Of a stretch of DNA of 32,000 nt, positions 1-8,887 are shown one piece after another; position 1 is the first letter of the stretch; every line of letters begins with the position of its first letter. The stretch covers positions 96,322 through 128,321 of the forward strand of contig NZ_JAQFIQ010000001.1 in assembly GCF_029504745.1 (NCBI RefSeq). The letters are read 5' to 3'. The DNA is from Breznakia sp. PF5-3 (GTDB lineage: Bacteria; Bacillota_I; Bacilli_A; Erysipelotrichales; Erysipelotrichaceae). The notes below the pieces were generated by a model. That model was not told the DNA's origin, did not search any database, and was given only the letters and a program-made list of their open reading frames with translations. The translations under genes were made by a program, and so were the position numbers.

Positions 1-330
1 GTAAAGAAAAAGAATCATGCTTTGGTTATTATTTCTGAGAAAATCACGGATGTTGAAGTATTTGCTCGAAAAGTCTCACAACATACAGGCTTCTCGGGTA
101 GAGCTACCATTTTAGGTCATGTACAGCGTGGAGGATCTCCTACACCTGATGACCGTGTACTTGCTTCACGTATGGGTGAAAAAGCTGTTGATCTACTAAT
201 GCAAGGTGTTGGTGGACAATGTGTTGGTATACAGCATAGTGAAATTGTTGGTGTACCAATTGAAGAAGCACTCAATATGCCTTCAAAATCACGTAAAGAT
301 TTACAAAATTTATTTGACCGATTAGTCTAA
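1..330 (+). CDS. pfkA: 6-phosphofructokinase, C-terminal part (5' end outside window)
   Basis: Frame 1 is open from base 1, with no stop before the TAA at 328-330. The C-terminal sequence ILGHVQRGGSPTPDDRVLASRMG is typical of ATP-dependent PfkA. It lies directly upstream of pyk, as in the Bacillus pfkA-pyk operon. Confidence 0.9.
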   Translation, partial: VKKKNHALVIISEKITDVEVFARKVSQHTGFSGRATILGHVQRGGSPTPDDRVLASRMGEKAVDLLMQGVGGQCVGIQHSEIVGVPIEEALNMPSKSRKDLQNLFDRLV

Positions 331-340
331 AGGGGAAAAC

Positions 341-1753
341 ATGAAAAGAACAAAAATTATTTGTACGATTGGGCCAGCAACAGAAAGCCCTGAAATGCTT
401 AAAAAATTAGTAGATACAGGAATGAATATCACACGATTGAATTTCTCTCATGGTGATTATGAGGAGCATGGTAAAAGAATTGCGACTATTCATCGCATTA
501 ATGATGAAACAAATGCCAATATTGGTATTCTATTAGATACCAAAGGTCCTGAAATTCGTTTAGGAGACTTTGCTAATGGTGCAGAAACATACGAAAAAGG
601 TGACATTGTAACGATTGTTCGCGATGAAATGTTAGGAACACATGATAAATTCTACATTCAATGTCCAGAAGTATTTGATGATGTAAGTGTTGGGGGAACG
701 ATTCTAATTGATGATGGAAAAGTTCGTTTAACTATTATTGAAAAAGGTGATGGAGAATTAACATGTCGTATTGAAAATCCTGGTGTTTTAAAAAGCCGTA
801 AAGGTTGTAATGTACCAAATGTTAAATTAAGCATGCCGTTTATTTCACCAAAAGATGATAGTGATATCCGTTTTGGTTGTAAGATGAAAGTAGATTATAT
901 TGCTGCATCATTTACACGTAGAAAAGAAGATATCCTTGCAATTAAAAAAATTCTAAAAGAAGAAAATTGTGAAGATATTCAAATCATTGCGAAAATTGAA
1001 AACCAAGAAGGTTATGACAATTTAGATGAGATTTTAGAAGAAGCAGAAGGAATCATGGTTGCTCGTGGAGATCTAGGAGTTGATGTATCATTTGAAAAAG
1101 TTCCTATTTACCAAAAACAAATGATTGCTAGAGCAAATGCCTTTGGTAAACCAGTTGTTACAGCAACACATATGTTGGAAAGTATGCAACAAAATCCAAG
1201 ACCAACAAGAGCGGAAGCAAGTGATGTTGCCAATGCTGTTTTGGATGGAACAGATGCAATTATGTTATCAGGAGAAAGTGCAGTTGGTATGTATCCAATT
1301 GAAGCTGTTCAAACGATGAATACAATTGCGCAAGGAATGGAAGAAATTCTTCCTTATCGTGAAAGATTACAACAATCAATTGATACTAGTAAGAGAACTA
1401 AAGAAGATGCAATTGGAATTGCAGTTGCAGATACTGCATTAGCGATGGATGTAGCAGCAATCGTTGTATTTACTTCAAGTGGGACTAGTGCAAGAAGAAT
1501 TGCTAAATTTAGACCTGTATGTCCTGTATATGCAGCAACATTTGATGAGCGTACAAGACACAGTTTAGCAATCAACTGGGGTGTCTCTGCTGTCACAATA
1601 CCTAACATTAATGAACGCGATACAGAATCAGAGTTAGCAAGAGATGTTGCGAAAAGCTTTGGTTGCAAAAAAGGTGATACGATTATCGTTGTAGCTGGAT
1701 ATCCACATGGAACAGGTGCAACAAACTCAATGAGAATTATTGAAGTTGAATAA
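341..1753 (+). CDS. pyk: pyruvate kinase
   Basis: 470-aa ORF. N-terminus is MKRTKIICTIGPA...NFSHG. It also carries the motifs MVARGDLGV and TATHMLESM...PTRAE..DVANAV.DG.DA.MLSGESA. A GGGG/AAAA Shine-Dalgarno-like stretch lies 6 nt upstream. Confidence 0.95.
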   Translation: MKRTKIICTIGPATESPEMLKKLVDTGMNITRLNFSHGDYEEHGKRIATIHRINDETNANIGILLDTKGPEIRLGDFANGAETYEKGDIVTIVRDEMLGTHDKFYIQCPEVFDDVSVGGTILIDDGKVRLTIIEKGDGELTCRIENPGVLKSRKGCNVPNVKLSMPFISPKDDSDIRFGCKMKVDYIAASFTRRKEDILAIKKILKEENCEDIQIIAKIENQEGYDNLDEILEEAEGIMVARGDLGVDVSFEKVPIYQKQMIARANAFGKPVVTATHMLESMQQNPRPTRAEASDVANAVLDGTDAIMLSGESAVGMYPIEAVQTMNTIAQGMEEILPYRERLQQSIDTSKRTKEDAIGIAVADTALAMDVAAIVVFTSSGTSARRIAKFRPVCPVYAATFDERTRHSLAINWGVSAVTIPNINERDTESELARDVAKSFGCKKGDTIIVVAGYPHGTGATNSMRIIEVE

Positions 1754-1754
1754 A

Positions 1755-1777
1755 GCGCTGAAATCAGCGTTTTTTTA
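1755..1777 (+). terminator. Rho-independent terminator after pyk
   Basis: Stem cgctga (1756-1761) pairs with tcagcg (1764-1769), with one possible extra G-U pair. A T7 tract follows at 1771-1777. Confidence 0.65.
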
Positions 1778-1847
1778 ACTAAGTTGAGGTAGCGAATTTG
1801 GTTTATAAATGTTAGAATAGAAAGTACATAAAATATGGGGTAAGCGT

Positions 1848-2984
1848 ATGAAACTTAATCTTAGTCAAGAAACAAAAACTAGAGTACTTACTGGAGCACT
1901 AATTGCATTAATTGCGATTGTCATATATTTTTTCTTTTTGAATTTCACAGGTATTGAAAAAGCAATCAGTAATCTTTTTAAAATTATGTTTCCTTTTATT
2001 GTTGGATTTGTAATAGCTTTTTTATTAAATCCTTTTATGATGTTTTTGGAGAATAAAGCATTTGCTAAGTTGAAACTAAAACAACAGACGAAGCGAAATA
2101 TTGCTGCTACTATTTCAATCATTGTTGGAATTATAGTTGTTGGTGCCTTGATGTTTTTAATCATTTACCAAGTTAGAGAAAGCATTGAAAGCTTGTTGAG
2201 TAATTATGATGTCTATTTAAATTCTTTTGAGACCTTTGTTGAAGATGTTTTCCAAAGATTTAATTTAGATATGGATGAAGTCGCTCAAATAACCCAATCT
2301 AGTGAAGATTTTTTATCTATGATTACAGGTACTGCATCAAAATATGCACCAAAAGTATTGGGGATGGGATTTGATTTCATTGCAACCTTATTAAAAATTT
2401 TAATTGGAATTATAGCTGGTCTATATTTATTAATGGACAAAGAAAAATTTCTATATCAATGCAAAAAGCTAAACTATGCGATTTTCCCAAAAGAAATTGC
2501 AATCTATATAGCTAGATTCATGCATAAGTTGCGTAATATCTTTTATGATTTTATTGTTGGTAAAGCAATCGATTCTTTTATCATTGGAATTATATGTTAT
2601 GTAGGTATGACGTTACTAGGCTTTGAATATGCTGCACTTATCAGTGTTATTGTAGCAATCACAAACATGATTCCCGTATTTGGACCTTTTATAGGTGCTG
2701 TACCAGGAGTATTTATTCTATTAATTGTTAATCCACTTCATTCGTTGTATTTCATTATTTTCATTTTTGTTTTACAACAATTTGATGGTAATTTCTTAGG
2801 TCCACTTATCTTAGGGGATAAATTAGGTATTCCTAGTTTTTGGATATTATTTTCTGTAACAGTAGGTGGAGCATTGTTTGGAATCGTTGGGATGTTTATT
2901 GGAGTTCCTTCATTTGCTGCCATATATTTCTTAGTAAAAGAATTTGTTGATTATCGTTTAGCGAAAAAGAAAATTGATTTATAA
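1848..2984 (+). CDS. AI-2E family transporter (PerM/UPF0118-type permease)
   Basis: 378-aa polytopic membrane protein with about 8 hydrophobic segments. The C-terminal half ([16 protein letters not shown] ... [16 protein letters not shown]) has the pattern I associate with the AI-2E/YtvI family. The antisense ORFs 1865-2164 and 2738-2923 are discounted. Confidence 0.75.
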   Translation: MKLNLSQETKTRVLTGALIALIAIVIYFFFLNFTGIEKAISNLFKIMFPFIVGFVIAFLLNPFMMFLENKAFAKLKLKQQTKRNIAATISIIVGIIVVGALMFLIIYQVRESIESLLSNYDVYLNSFETFVEDVFQRFNLDMDEVAQITQSSEDFLSMITGTASKYAPKVLGMGFDFIATLLKILIGIIAGLYLLMDKEKFLYQCKKLNYAIFPKEIAIYIARFMHKLRNIFYDFIVGKAIDSFIIGIICYVGMTLLGFEYAALISVIVAITNMIPVFGPFIGAVPGVFILLIVNPLHSLYFIIFIFVLQQFDGNFLGPLILGDKLGIPSFWILFSVTVGGALFGIVGMFIGVPSFAAIYFLVKEFVDYRLAKKKIDL

Positions 2985-3061
2985 CTTATTTATTCGACTT
3001 ACTTGAGGATTATAGTGAGATATGGTTTAATTTAGTTAGATTGAAAGGAGATTACTATATT

Positions 3062-3601
3062 ATGGAATTAAAAGGATCAAAGACTGAGAAAAATTTACAA
3101 ACTGCTTTTGCTGGAGAATCACAAGCATCGATTAAATATACATTCTATGCTTCAAGAGCAAAAAAGGATGGATATGTTCAAATTCAAAATGTTTTTAATG
3201 AAACTGCACATAATGAACACGAACATGCGAAAATATGGTTTAAATTATTACATGGTGGTTCAGTAAAAGATACAGCATGGAATTTAAAAGATGCTGCTGC
3301 TGGAGAGAATTACGAATGGACTGATATGTATGCAACATTTGCTAAAGAAGCTGCAGCAGAAGGATTTGATGAAATAGCAGAAAAGTTTAAACAAGTTGGT
3401 GCTATTGAAAAACGTCATGAAGAAAGATATTTAACATTATTAAAAAACGTTGAAGAAAATGCAGTATTTAGCAAAATCGAAGAGCAAGTATGGATTTGTT
3501 CAAACTGTGGACATATTTACATGGGGAATGATGCTCCTGATATGTGTCCTGTATGTGATCATCCACAAGCACACTTTGAAATCTTTAATGAAAACTTCTA
3601 A
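3062..3601 (+). CDS. rbr: rubrerythrin
   Basis: The N-terminal part is a ferritin-like diiron domain ([18 protein letters not shown] ... EHEHAKIW ... EKRHEERY). The C-terminal part is a rubredoxin-like CxxC...CxxC (CSNCGH...CPVCDH). I prefer the ATG at 3062, with AAGGAG at 3045-3050, over the TTG at 3041, which lies inside that SD. Confidence 0.9.
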   Translation: MELKGSKTEKNLQTAFAGESQASIKYTFYASRAKKDGYVQIQNVFNETAHNEHEHAKIWFKLLHGGSVKDTAWNLKDAAAGENYEWTDMYATFAKEAAAEGFDEIAEKFKQVGAIEKRHEERYLTLLKNVEENAVFSKIEEQVWICSNCGHIYMGNDAPDMCPVCDHPQAHFEIFNENF

Positions 3602-3624
3602 AAGCGGGAAATCCGCTTTTTTAT
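3602..3624 (+). terminator. Rho-independent terminator after rbr
   Basis: aagcgg-gaaat-ccgctt hairpin followed by a T-run. Confidence 0.7.
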
Positions 3625-3645
3625 TTTTAATAAAAAAAAGGTGGA

Positions 3646-3885
3646 TTATTCTTCCACCTTTACTTCTTTAATACCATCAACTTCATCTTGAAGCATTGCT
3701 TCAAGACCAAATTTGATTGTGTCATCTAGTGCCAAACACCCTACACAAGCACCAATCATTCTTACATATACAATACCATCTTCGTATCGTAAAAACTCTA
3801 CATCTCCACCATCACGTTGAATATAAGGTCTTATCTTTTCAATGACGGCAATTATTTCATTATTTTTTTTCTCCATAGCTACCAT
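3646..3885 (-). CDS. NifU-like (Nfu-type) Fe-S cluster assembly protein
   Basis: 79-aa ORF with IRPYIQRDGGDVEF and the GACVGC CxxC motif of the NifU C-terminal domain. AAGGAG lies 6 nt upstream of the ATG on the minus strand. The hairpin aaggtgga...tccacctt (3634-3660) with a flanking A/T run overlaps the stop and can terminate transcription. Confidence 0.85.
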   Translation of the reverse strand: MVAMEKKNNEIIAVIEKIRPYIQRDGGDVEFLRYEDGIVYVRMIGACVGCLALDDTIKFGLEAMLQDEVDGIKEVKVEE

Positions 3886-3981
3886 TCAAACTCCTTAGGA
3901 TATATTATATCACTATAAATAAAAAATTATATAGAAAATGACCTAGATTTGTGAAAATAATAATTATTATAATGTTATCTG

Positions 3982-3990
3982 TGATATAAT
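3982..3990 (+). promoter_or_regulatory. candidate extended -10 promoter element (TGaTATAAT) for the S1-domain gene / pgi
   Basis: tgatataat at 3982-3990 lies 11 nt upstream of the AAGGAGG SD (4001-4007). I found no convincing -35, so this is tentative. Confidence 0.35.
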
Positions 3991-4014
3991 AAAAAACATG
4001 AAGGAGGTCTGTTC

Positions 4015-4377
4015 TTGTATCAAAATGGAGATATTGTTGAAGGTATTATTACAGGTATTCAACCTTATGGAGCCTTTGTAAAAATAGATGATCAACATAA
4101 TGGATTGCTGCATATATCGGAAATTTCAGATAGTTATATACACGATATTCATGAATATGTATCAATGAAAGAAAAAATTAAAGTTAAAATACTCGATGTT
4201 GGGACAGATGACCATCATTTTAAATTATCACTAAAAGCATTGCATAAAGATGCTGGTAGAAAACGGCGTTCACAACCTCATCGTTTATTACCTAAACAAG
4301 AGCTTGGATTTAAAACGTTAGAACTACATTTAGATAAGTGGATTAAGGAAGGAATGGATGGAGGTAACAATGATTAA
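4015..4377 (+). CDS. S1 RNA-binding domain protein (YugI/GSP13/CvfD-like)
   Basis: 120-aa ORF with a TTG start 7 nt after AAGGAGG. It has an S1 fold signature (GDIVEG.ITGIQPYGAFVKI....GLLHISEIS...I.D) and a basic C-terminal tail. Confidence 0.85.
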   Translation: MYQNGDIVEGIITGIQPYGAFVKIDDQHNGLLHISEISDSYIHDIHEYVSMKEKIKVKILDVGTDDHHFKLSLKALHKDAGRKRRSQPHRLLPKQELGFKTLELHLDKWIKEGMDGGNND

Positions 4378-5644
4378 ATTTGAAACAAAAAATGCTTTTT
4401 TACAAGAAGATATAACTTCTTATCAAGATGAGGTTACAAAACTTCATGATGCTTTAATGAACAAAACAGGGAAAGGAAATGACTTTCTTGGTTGGGTTGA
4501 TTGGTGCAACAATTATGATAAAGCAGAATTTGAAAGAGTAAAGCAAGCGGCATCATATATTAAAGAAAATTGTGATGTGTTCCTTGTGTGTGGAATCGGA
4601 GGATCTTATTTAGGAGCTCGTGCAGCGATTGAAATGATCAATGGATTATATGCTGATAAAAAGCCAGAAATTATTTTCTGTGGAAATACATTTTCGTCAA
4701 CATATACAAAACAAGTTTTAGATTATATTAAAGATAAAGATGTATGCTTGAATGTTATTTCTAAATCTGGTACTACAACAGAGACGGCATTAGCATTCCG
4801 ATTGTTCAAACAAGCAATTGAAGAAAAATATGGCAAGGAAGAAGCAAGTAAAAGAATTGTAGCAACGACAGATGGTGCAAAAGGTACTTTGTATGAATTA
4901 GCTAAAAAAGAAGGTTATGATATGTATGTGATCCCAGATGATATTGGTGGTCGCTTTAGTGTAATTACACCAGTAGGACTTTTACCAATTGCTGTTGCAG
5001 GTATTGATATTGATGAACTTATGAATGGGGTTACACAAGCGTATAATGACTTTAATACTGCAGATTTAACAAAAAACCCAGCATATGCTTATGCTGTTGC
5101 AAGACGTATTCTTGAAAAACAAGGAAAAAGTGCCGAAATGTTTGTTACTTATGATTTACAAACAACGATGCTTGCCGAATGGTGGAAACAATTATTTGGT
5201 GAATCAGAAGGGAAGAATGGCTGTGGACTTTTGCCTACAAGCGCGACATTCTCTACCGATTTACACTCTTTAGGACAATTTGTCCAAGATGGAAAGAAAT
5301 TGTTATTTGAAACGTTAGTTTTATTTGAAAAACCAACCGAAGATATTATCTTCCCTAATGATGATGATAATTTGGATTCAATGAATTATCTTGCAGGGAA
5401 AAATGTTGATTGGGTCAATAAAATGGCAATGAAAGGTACTTTGCAAGCGCATGTGGAAACAGGAAAAGTTCCAAACTTAGAAATTATTGTACCAGATATG
5501 AGTGCTTATTCATTTGGATATCTAGTATATTTCTTCTTTAGAGCTTGTGCTATGACTGTTTATTTAATTGATCAAAATCCGTTTGATCAACCAGGAGTAG
5601 AAGTATATAAGAAAAACATGTTTAAGCTATTAGGAAAAAACTAA
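4370..5644 (+). CDS. pgi: glucose-6-phosphate isomerase
   Basis: Firmicute-type short PGI carrying GIGGSYLGARA, ISKSGTTTET, IGGRFSV and QLFGESEGK. I chose the ATG at 4370 (GGAGG at 4360-4364, 5-nt spacer) over the ATG at 4358. The gene overlaps the preceding one by 8 nt. Confidence 0.9.
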   Translation: MIKFETKNAFLQEDITSYQDEVTKLHDALMNKTGKGNDFLGWVDWCNNYDKAEFERVKQAASYIKENCDVFLVCGIGGSYLGARAAIEMINGLYADKKPEIIFCGNTFSSTYTKQVLDYIKDKDVCLNVISKSGTTTETALAFRLFKQAIEEKYGKEEASKRIVATTDGAKGTLYELAKKEGYDMYVIPDDIGGRFSVITPVGLLPIAVAGIDIDELMNGVTQAYNDFNTADLTKNPAYAYAVARRILEKQGKSAEMFVTYDLQTTMLAEWWKQLFGESEGKNGCGLLPTSATFSTDLHSLGQFVQDGKKLLFETLVLFEKPTEDIIFPNDDDNLDSMNYLAGKNVDWVNKMAMKGTLQAHVETGKVPNLEIIVPDMSAYSFGYLVYFFFRACAMTVYLIDQNPFDQPGVEVYKKNMFKLLGKN

Positions 5645-5647
5645 TTT

Positions 5648-6100
5648 GTGAATACAAGGATTTTTGAAATAGAATGTTCCAATTGTAATCATACTTGGTT
5701 TGTAAAGACAGATACCATATTTCATGATCATATTCATAAACAGATTAAATTTGCATTTTATGATGGTTCATTTTTCAAAAGAAAGTGTAGCAATTGTGGG
5801 GAATTGATTGATTTTAAATGTCCATTGGTGTATTACTTTACAGACAAAAATATCTTAATTTGTCTTGGGTGTGAAGCCCATAATGAGCAAGCAAAAAGTT
5901 ACAATGTTTCTTCAATTGGTGAATTTGTTGAGAATTTGAAAATCATTGACTATGGTTGTACAATGGAAGAAATCATAGCGTTAAAAAAGAAATTAATAAA
6001 CTATGATAAATTAATATTTGATAGTTTTGCAGATAATTGTTATTTCTTTCAGACTAGAGATGGAATCATAGCGATTGAAAAAATAGTGAAAGTACGATGA
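5648..6100 (+). CDS. hypothetical zinc-ribbon (multi-CxxC) protein
   Basis: 150-aa ORF with a GTG start 3 nt after the pgi stop. It has three CxxC pairs (CSNC, CSNC, CLGC). I do not recognise a family. A good terminator follows. Confidence 0.5.
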   Translation: MNTRIFEIECSNCNHTWFVKTDTIFHDHIHKQIKFAFYDGSFFKRKCSNCGELIDFKCPLVYYFTDKNILICLGCEAHNEQAKSYNVSSIGEFVENLKIIDYGCTMEEIIALKKKLINYDKLIFDSFADNCYFFQTRDGIIAIEKIVKVR

Positions 6101-6118
6101 TAAAATCGTACTTTTTTT
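6089..6118 (+). terminator. Rho-independent terminator
   Basis: aaagtacgat (6089-6098) pairs with atcgtacttt (6105-6114) across a 6-nt loop. The T-run extends to 6118. Confidence 0.8.
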
Positions 6119-6128
6119 AGATAATTAC

Positions 6129-6156
6129 TTGAAAAATATAGAATTAGGTATATAAT
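6129..6156 (+). promoter_or_regulatory. sigma-A type promoter of the arsR-family / P1B-ATPase operon
   Basis: -35 TTGAAA (6129-6134), a 16-nt spacer, then -10 TATAAT (6151-6156). Confidence 0.6.
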
Positions 6157-6159
6157 GAA

Positions 6160-6181
6160 CATATGAACAAACGTTCATATG
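6160..6181 (+). promoter_or_regulatory. ArsR/SmtB-type operator (9-4-9 inverted repeat)
   Basis: Perfect inverted repeat catatgaac-aaac-gttcatatg immediately downstream of the -10 box. The TGAAC...GTTCA core matches the ArsR/SmtB (CadC/CzrA) operator type. Confidence 0.75.
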
Positions 6182-6191
6182 AGGTGGTATT

Positions 6192-6533
6192 ATGGAACAT
6201 CATTGTGAAATTATTGATGAAAAAGAAGTTATGAAGTTAAAAGCGAACATGCTACATATGGATGATACAGAAGAATTGGCTGTGTTTTTCAAAATGTATG
6301 CAGATCCAACCAGACTAAAAATTTTGAATCTTTTATTTCAAAGTGAATTGTGTGTTTGTGATATTGCATACTTATTAGGTATGAGTCATTCAGCGACTTC
6401 ACATCAACTTGCGGTATTAAAGCGTAATCGTATTATTAAGTCTCGTCGCGAGAAAAAGAATGTTTTTTATTCTTTGGATGATCGTCACATTGAAATGATT
6501 TATAATGCTGCATTCGAACATATAAAGGAGTGA
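6192..6533 (+). CDS. ArsR/SmtB family metal-sensing transcriptional repressor (CadC/CzrA-like)
   Basis: 113-aa ORF with the winged-HTH signature DPTRLKIL.LL...ELCVCDIA..LGMSHSATSHQL..L. It carries the alpha3 CVC motif plus an N-terminal HHC. It sits directly upstream of a heavy-metal ATPase. Confidence 0.9.
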   Translation: MEHHCEIIDEKEVMKLKANMLHMDDTEELAVFFKMYADPTRLKILNLLFQSELCVCDIAYLLGMSHSATSHQLAVLKRNRIIKSRREKKNVFYSLDDRHIEMIYNAAFEHIKE

Positions 6534-6537
6534 TACT

Positions 6538-8787
6538 ATGAGTCAAAGAAATGAAACGCATATGCACGAACACAACCATGATGGATCGTGTTGCAATCAC
6601 ACAAGTCGTGTGGAAAAACAAGAGGTGAATGAAAATCATCACCATGACCATGATCATTCTCACTGCAGTTGTGAAAGCCAAGCAGAAGAGGATGATGTAG
6701 GCGATATACAGGCCAAATATAAATATAAGATAGTTGGTCTTGATTGTGCTAATTGTGCAATGAAAGTAGAGGATACCCTCAATAAGCAAAATTTTATTAA
6801 GGATGCAAAAATAAATTTTTCTAGCGGTTTGCTATATGTAAATCCTAGTAAGCAAGCAAATGATGATACTTTACAAGAGAAGATTGCAAAGATTGTAGAT
6901 GATGTTGAACCAGGTGTTAAAATTGTTGATACAGAAAGTGATGTTGATACAAGTAATAAGGGTGAATTGATTCATCTACTAGTAGGTATTGGATTGTTTT
7001 TGATTGCTCTTTATTTTGAATCGAGGATTAACTTTTCACCAATTTTCTTATATATGATTCCATATTTATTCATTGGCTATAAAGTATTATGGAAATCTGT
7101 CCGCAATATTATGAAAGGTGAGATTTTCGATGAAAACTTTTTAATGTCTATCGCTACCATTGGAGCCTTTGTTGTTGGGTCTTATGAAGAAGCAGTGGAA
7201 GTTATGTTGTTTTATAGCATTGGTGAACTTTTACAATCTTATGCAGTTAATAAATCAAGACGTTCTATATCTGATTTAATGGATATCAAGAGTGAATATG
7301 CTAATTTGATTAAGAGTGATGGTAGTGAAGTGAAAGTGGATCCAAAATCTTTAAAAATAAATGATATGATTAGTATCAAGGCAGGAGAAAAGGTTCCTGT
7401 TGATGGTGTTATTGTGAATGGAGCATCATCTTTAGATATTTCTGCTCTTAGTGGTGAAGCTGCTTTAAAAGATGTTGGTGCCGATGATGAAATTTTAGCA
7501 GGATCCATTAATACAAATGGTCTTCTAAAAGTAAAAGTTACAAAAATCTTTGAAGATTCTACCGTGGCGAAAATATTGGAACTTGTTGAAAATGCAGCGA
7601 ATAAAAAATCTCCAATTGAAAATTTTATTACTAAATTTGCTAAGATTTATACTCCAATTGTTGTATTTTTAGCATTGGCTATCGTTCTTATTCCATCCTT
7701 AATCTATGGATTTGATGAGTTCAATACATGGTTATATCGTGGATGTACATTCTTAGTTATATCTTGTCCATGTGCACTTGTTGTATCTGTACCATTAGGT
7801 GTATTTGCTGGTATTGGTAGCGCAAGTAAAATTGGTGCACTTGTGAAAGGCGGGAATTATTTAGAATTATTGAATGATGTAAATTGTATTATCTTTGATA
7901 AAACTGGAACAATTACAAAAGGGAATTTTGAAGTCAGTGATTGGAGTGGTGATTCAAACATCTTAGAGTATGCAGCATATGCTGAAAGTTATTCTAATCA
8001 TCCGATTGCAAAGAGTATTGTTTCAAAATATGGTAAAAAAATTGATTTTAAACGTTTGGAAAACTATCAGGAACTTGCTGGTTTTGGAGTAAGTGTAGAA
8101 TTTGATGGAAAAGCTTTAATCGCTGGTAACGAAAAACTAATGAAGCAAGAAAAAATTGAATATACTGAAACGGATGCACTTGGCACAGTTATATATATTG
8201 CATATGACGGACTTTTTGTAGGGTATATAATAATTAGTGATGAAATTAAAAAATCTAGTAGAGAGGCTTTAAATGAACTCAGAGAGCTTGGTATTACCAA
8301 TACTGTTATGTTAACTGGTGATCGTGAAGCAATTGCTAATAATATTGCAAATGATGTAGGAATTCAAAGTGTTCATGCACAATTGTTACCACAAGATAAA
8401 GTTTCTATTTTAGAAAACTACTTGTCTAATAAAGATAATACTGTAGCCTTTGTTGGTGATGGCATTAATGATGCTCCATCGCTTATGCGTGCAGATATAG
8501 GTATATCTATGGGAGGTATTGGTAGTGATGTAGCAATTGAAGCAAGTGATCTTGTTCTTATGACAGATGATTTGTTACTTATTCCCAAAACGATTAAAAT
8601 TAGTCGTAAGACTAAAAAAATCGTTATGCAAAACATAATATTCTCACTTGCAGTTAAATTGATTGTTTTAATTCTATCAGCAATTGGTGTTGCAAATATG
8701 AGGATGGGAGTCTTTGCAGATGTTGGTGTTACTTTGATAGCAATTATAAACTCCATGCGTGCTTTAATTGCATATAAGCATGTATAA
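6538..8787 (+). CDS. heavy-metal translocating P1B-type ATPase (Cd/Zn/Co type, CadA/ZntA-like)
   Basis: 749-aa ORF. It has a His/Cys-rich N-terminus and an HMA domain with GLDCANCAMKVE. It also has the CPC membrane motif (ISCPCALV), the phosphorylation site FDKTGTIT, SNHPIA (HP motif) and the hinge GDGINDAP. Confidence 0.93.
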   Translation: MSQRNETHMHEHNHDGSCCNHTSRVEKQEVNENHHHDHDHSHCSCESQAEEDDVGDIQAKYKYKIVGLDCANCAMKVEDTLNKQNFIKDAKINFSSGLLYVNPSKQANDDTLQEKIAKIVDDVEPGVKIVDTESDVDTSNKGELIHLLVGIGLFLIALYFESRINFSPIFLYMIPYLFIGYKVLWKSVRNIMKGEIFDENFLMSIATIGAFVVGSYEEAVEVMLFYSIGELLQSYAVNKSRRSISDLMDIKSEYANLIKSDGSEVKVDPKSLKINDMISIKAGEKVPVDGVIVNGASSLDISALSGEAALKDVGADDEILAGSINTNGLLKVKVTKIFEDSTVAKILELVENAANKKSPIENFITKFAKIYTPIVVFLALAIVLIPSLIYGFDEFNTWLYRGCTFLVISCPCALVVSVPLGVFAGIGSASKIGALVKGGNYLELLNDVNCIIFDKTGTITKGNFEVSDWSGDSNILEYAAYAESYSNHPIAKSIVSKYGKKIDFKRLENYQELAGFGVSVEFDGKALIAGNEKLMKQEKIEYTETDALGTVIYIAYDGLFVGYIIISDEIKKSSREALNELRELGITNTVMLTGDREAIANNIANDVGIQSVHAQLLPQDKVSILENYLSNKDNTVAFVGDGINDAPSLMRADIGISMGGIGSDVAIEASDLVLMTDDLLLIPKTIKISRKTKKIVMQNIIFSLAVKLIVLILSAIGVANMRMGVFADVGVTLIAIINSMRALIAYKHV

Positions 8788-8813
8788 TTAACAGTAGTAT
8801 TATTTAATAATTT

Positions 8814-8849
8814 AAAAAAACTAGACACATAAATCATGTCTAGTTTTTT
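8814..8849. terminator. bidirectional Rho-independent terminator between convergent genes
   Basis: aaaaaactagaca (8815-8827) pairs with tgtctagtttttt (8837-8849). The stem is flanked by an A-run and a T-run, so it serves both the ATPase (+) and the LCP gene (-). Confidence 0.85.
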
Positions 8850-8887
8850 GATGTAATCGCTATTTTGCTATATTGAGAAAATATTTC

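Noticed and set aside
1354-1668. Antisense or alternative-frame ORFs within pyk. The same type occurs at 1125-1319, 1865-2164, 2738-2923, 7239-7508, 8067-8300, 8418-8837, 11784-12201, 13414-13890, 14894-15076, 15601-15855, 16829-17603, 18293-18499, 19232-19495, 22141-22326, 27307-27507 and 29362-29589.
   Set aside because: All are nested in strongly supported genes and lack start signals or recognisable sequence. I treat them as shadow ORFs.
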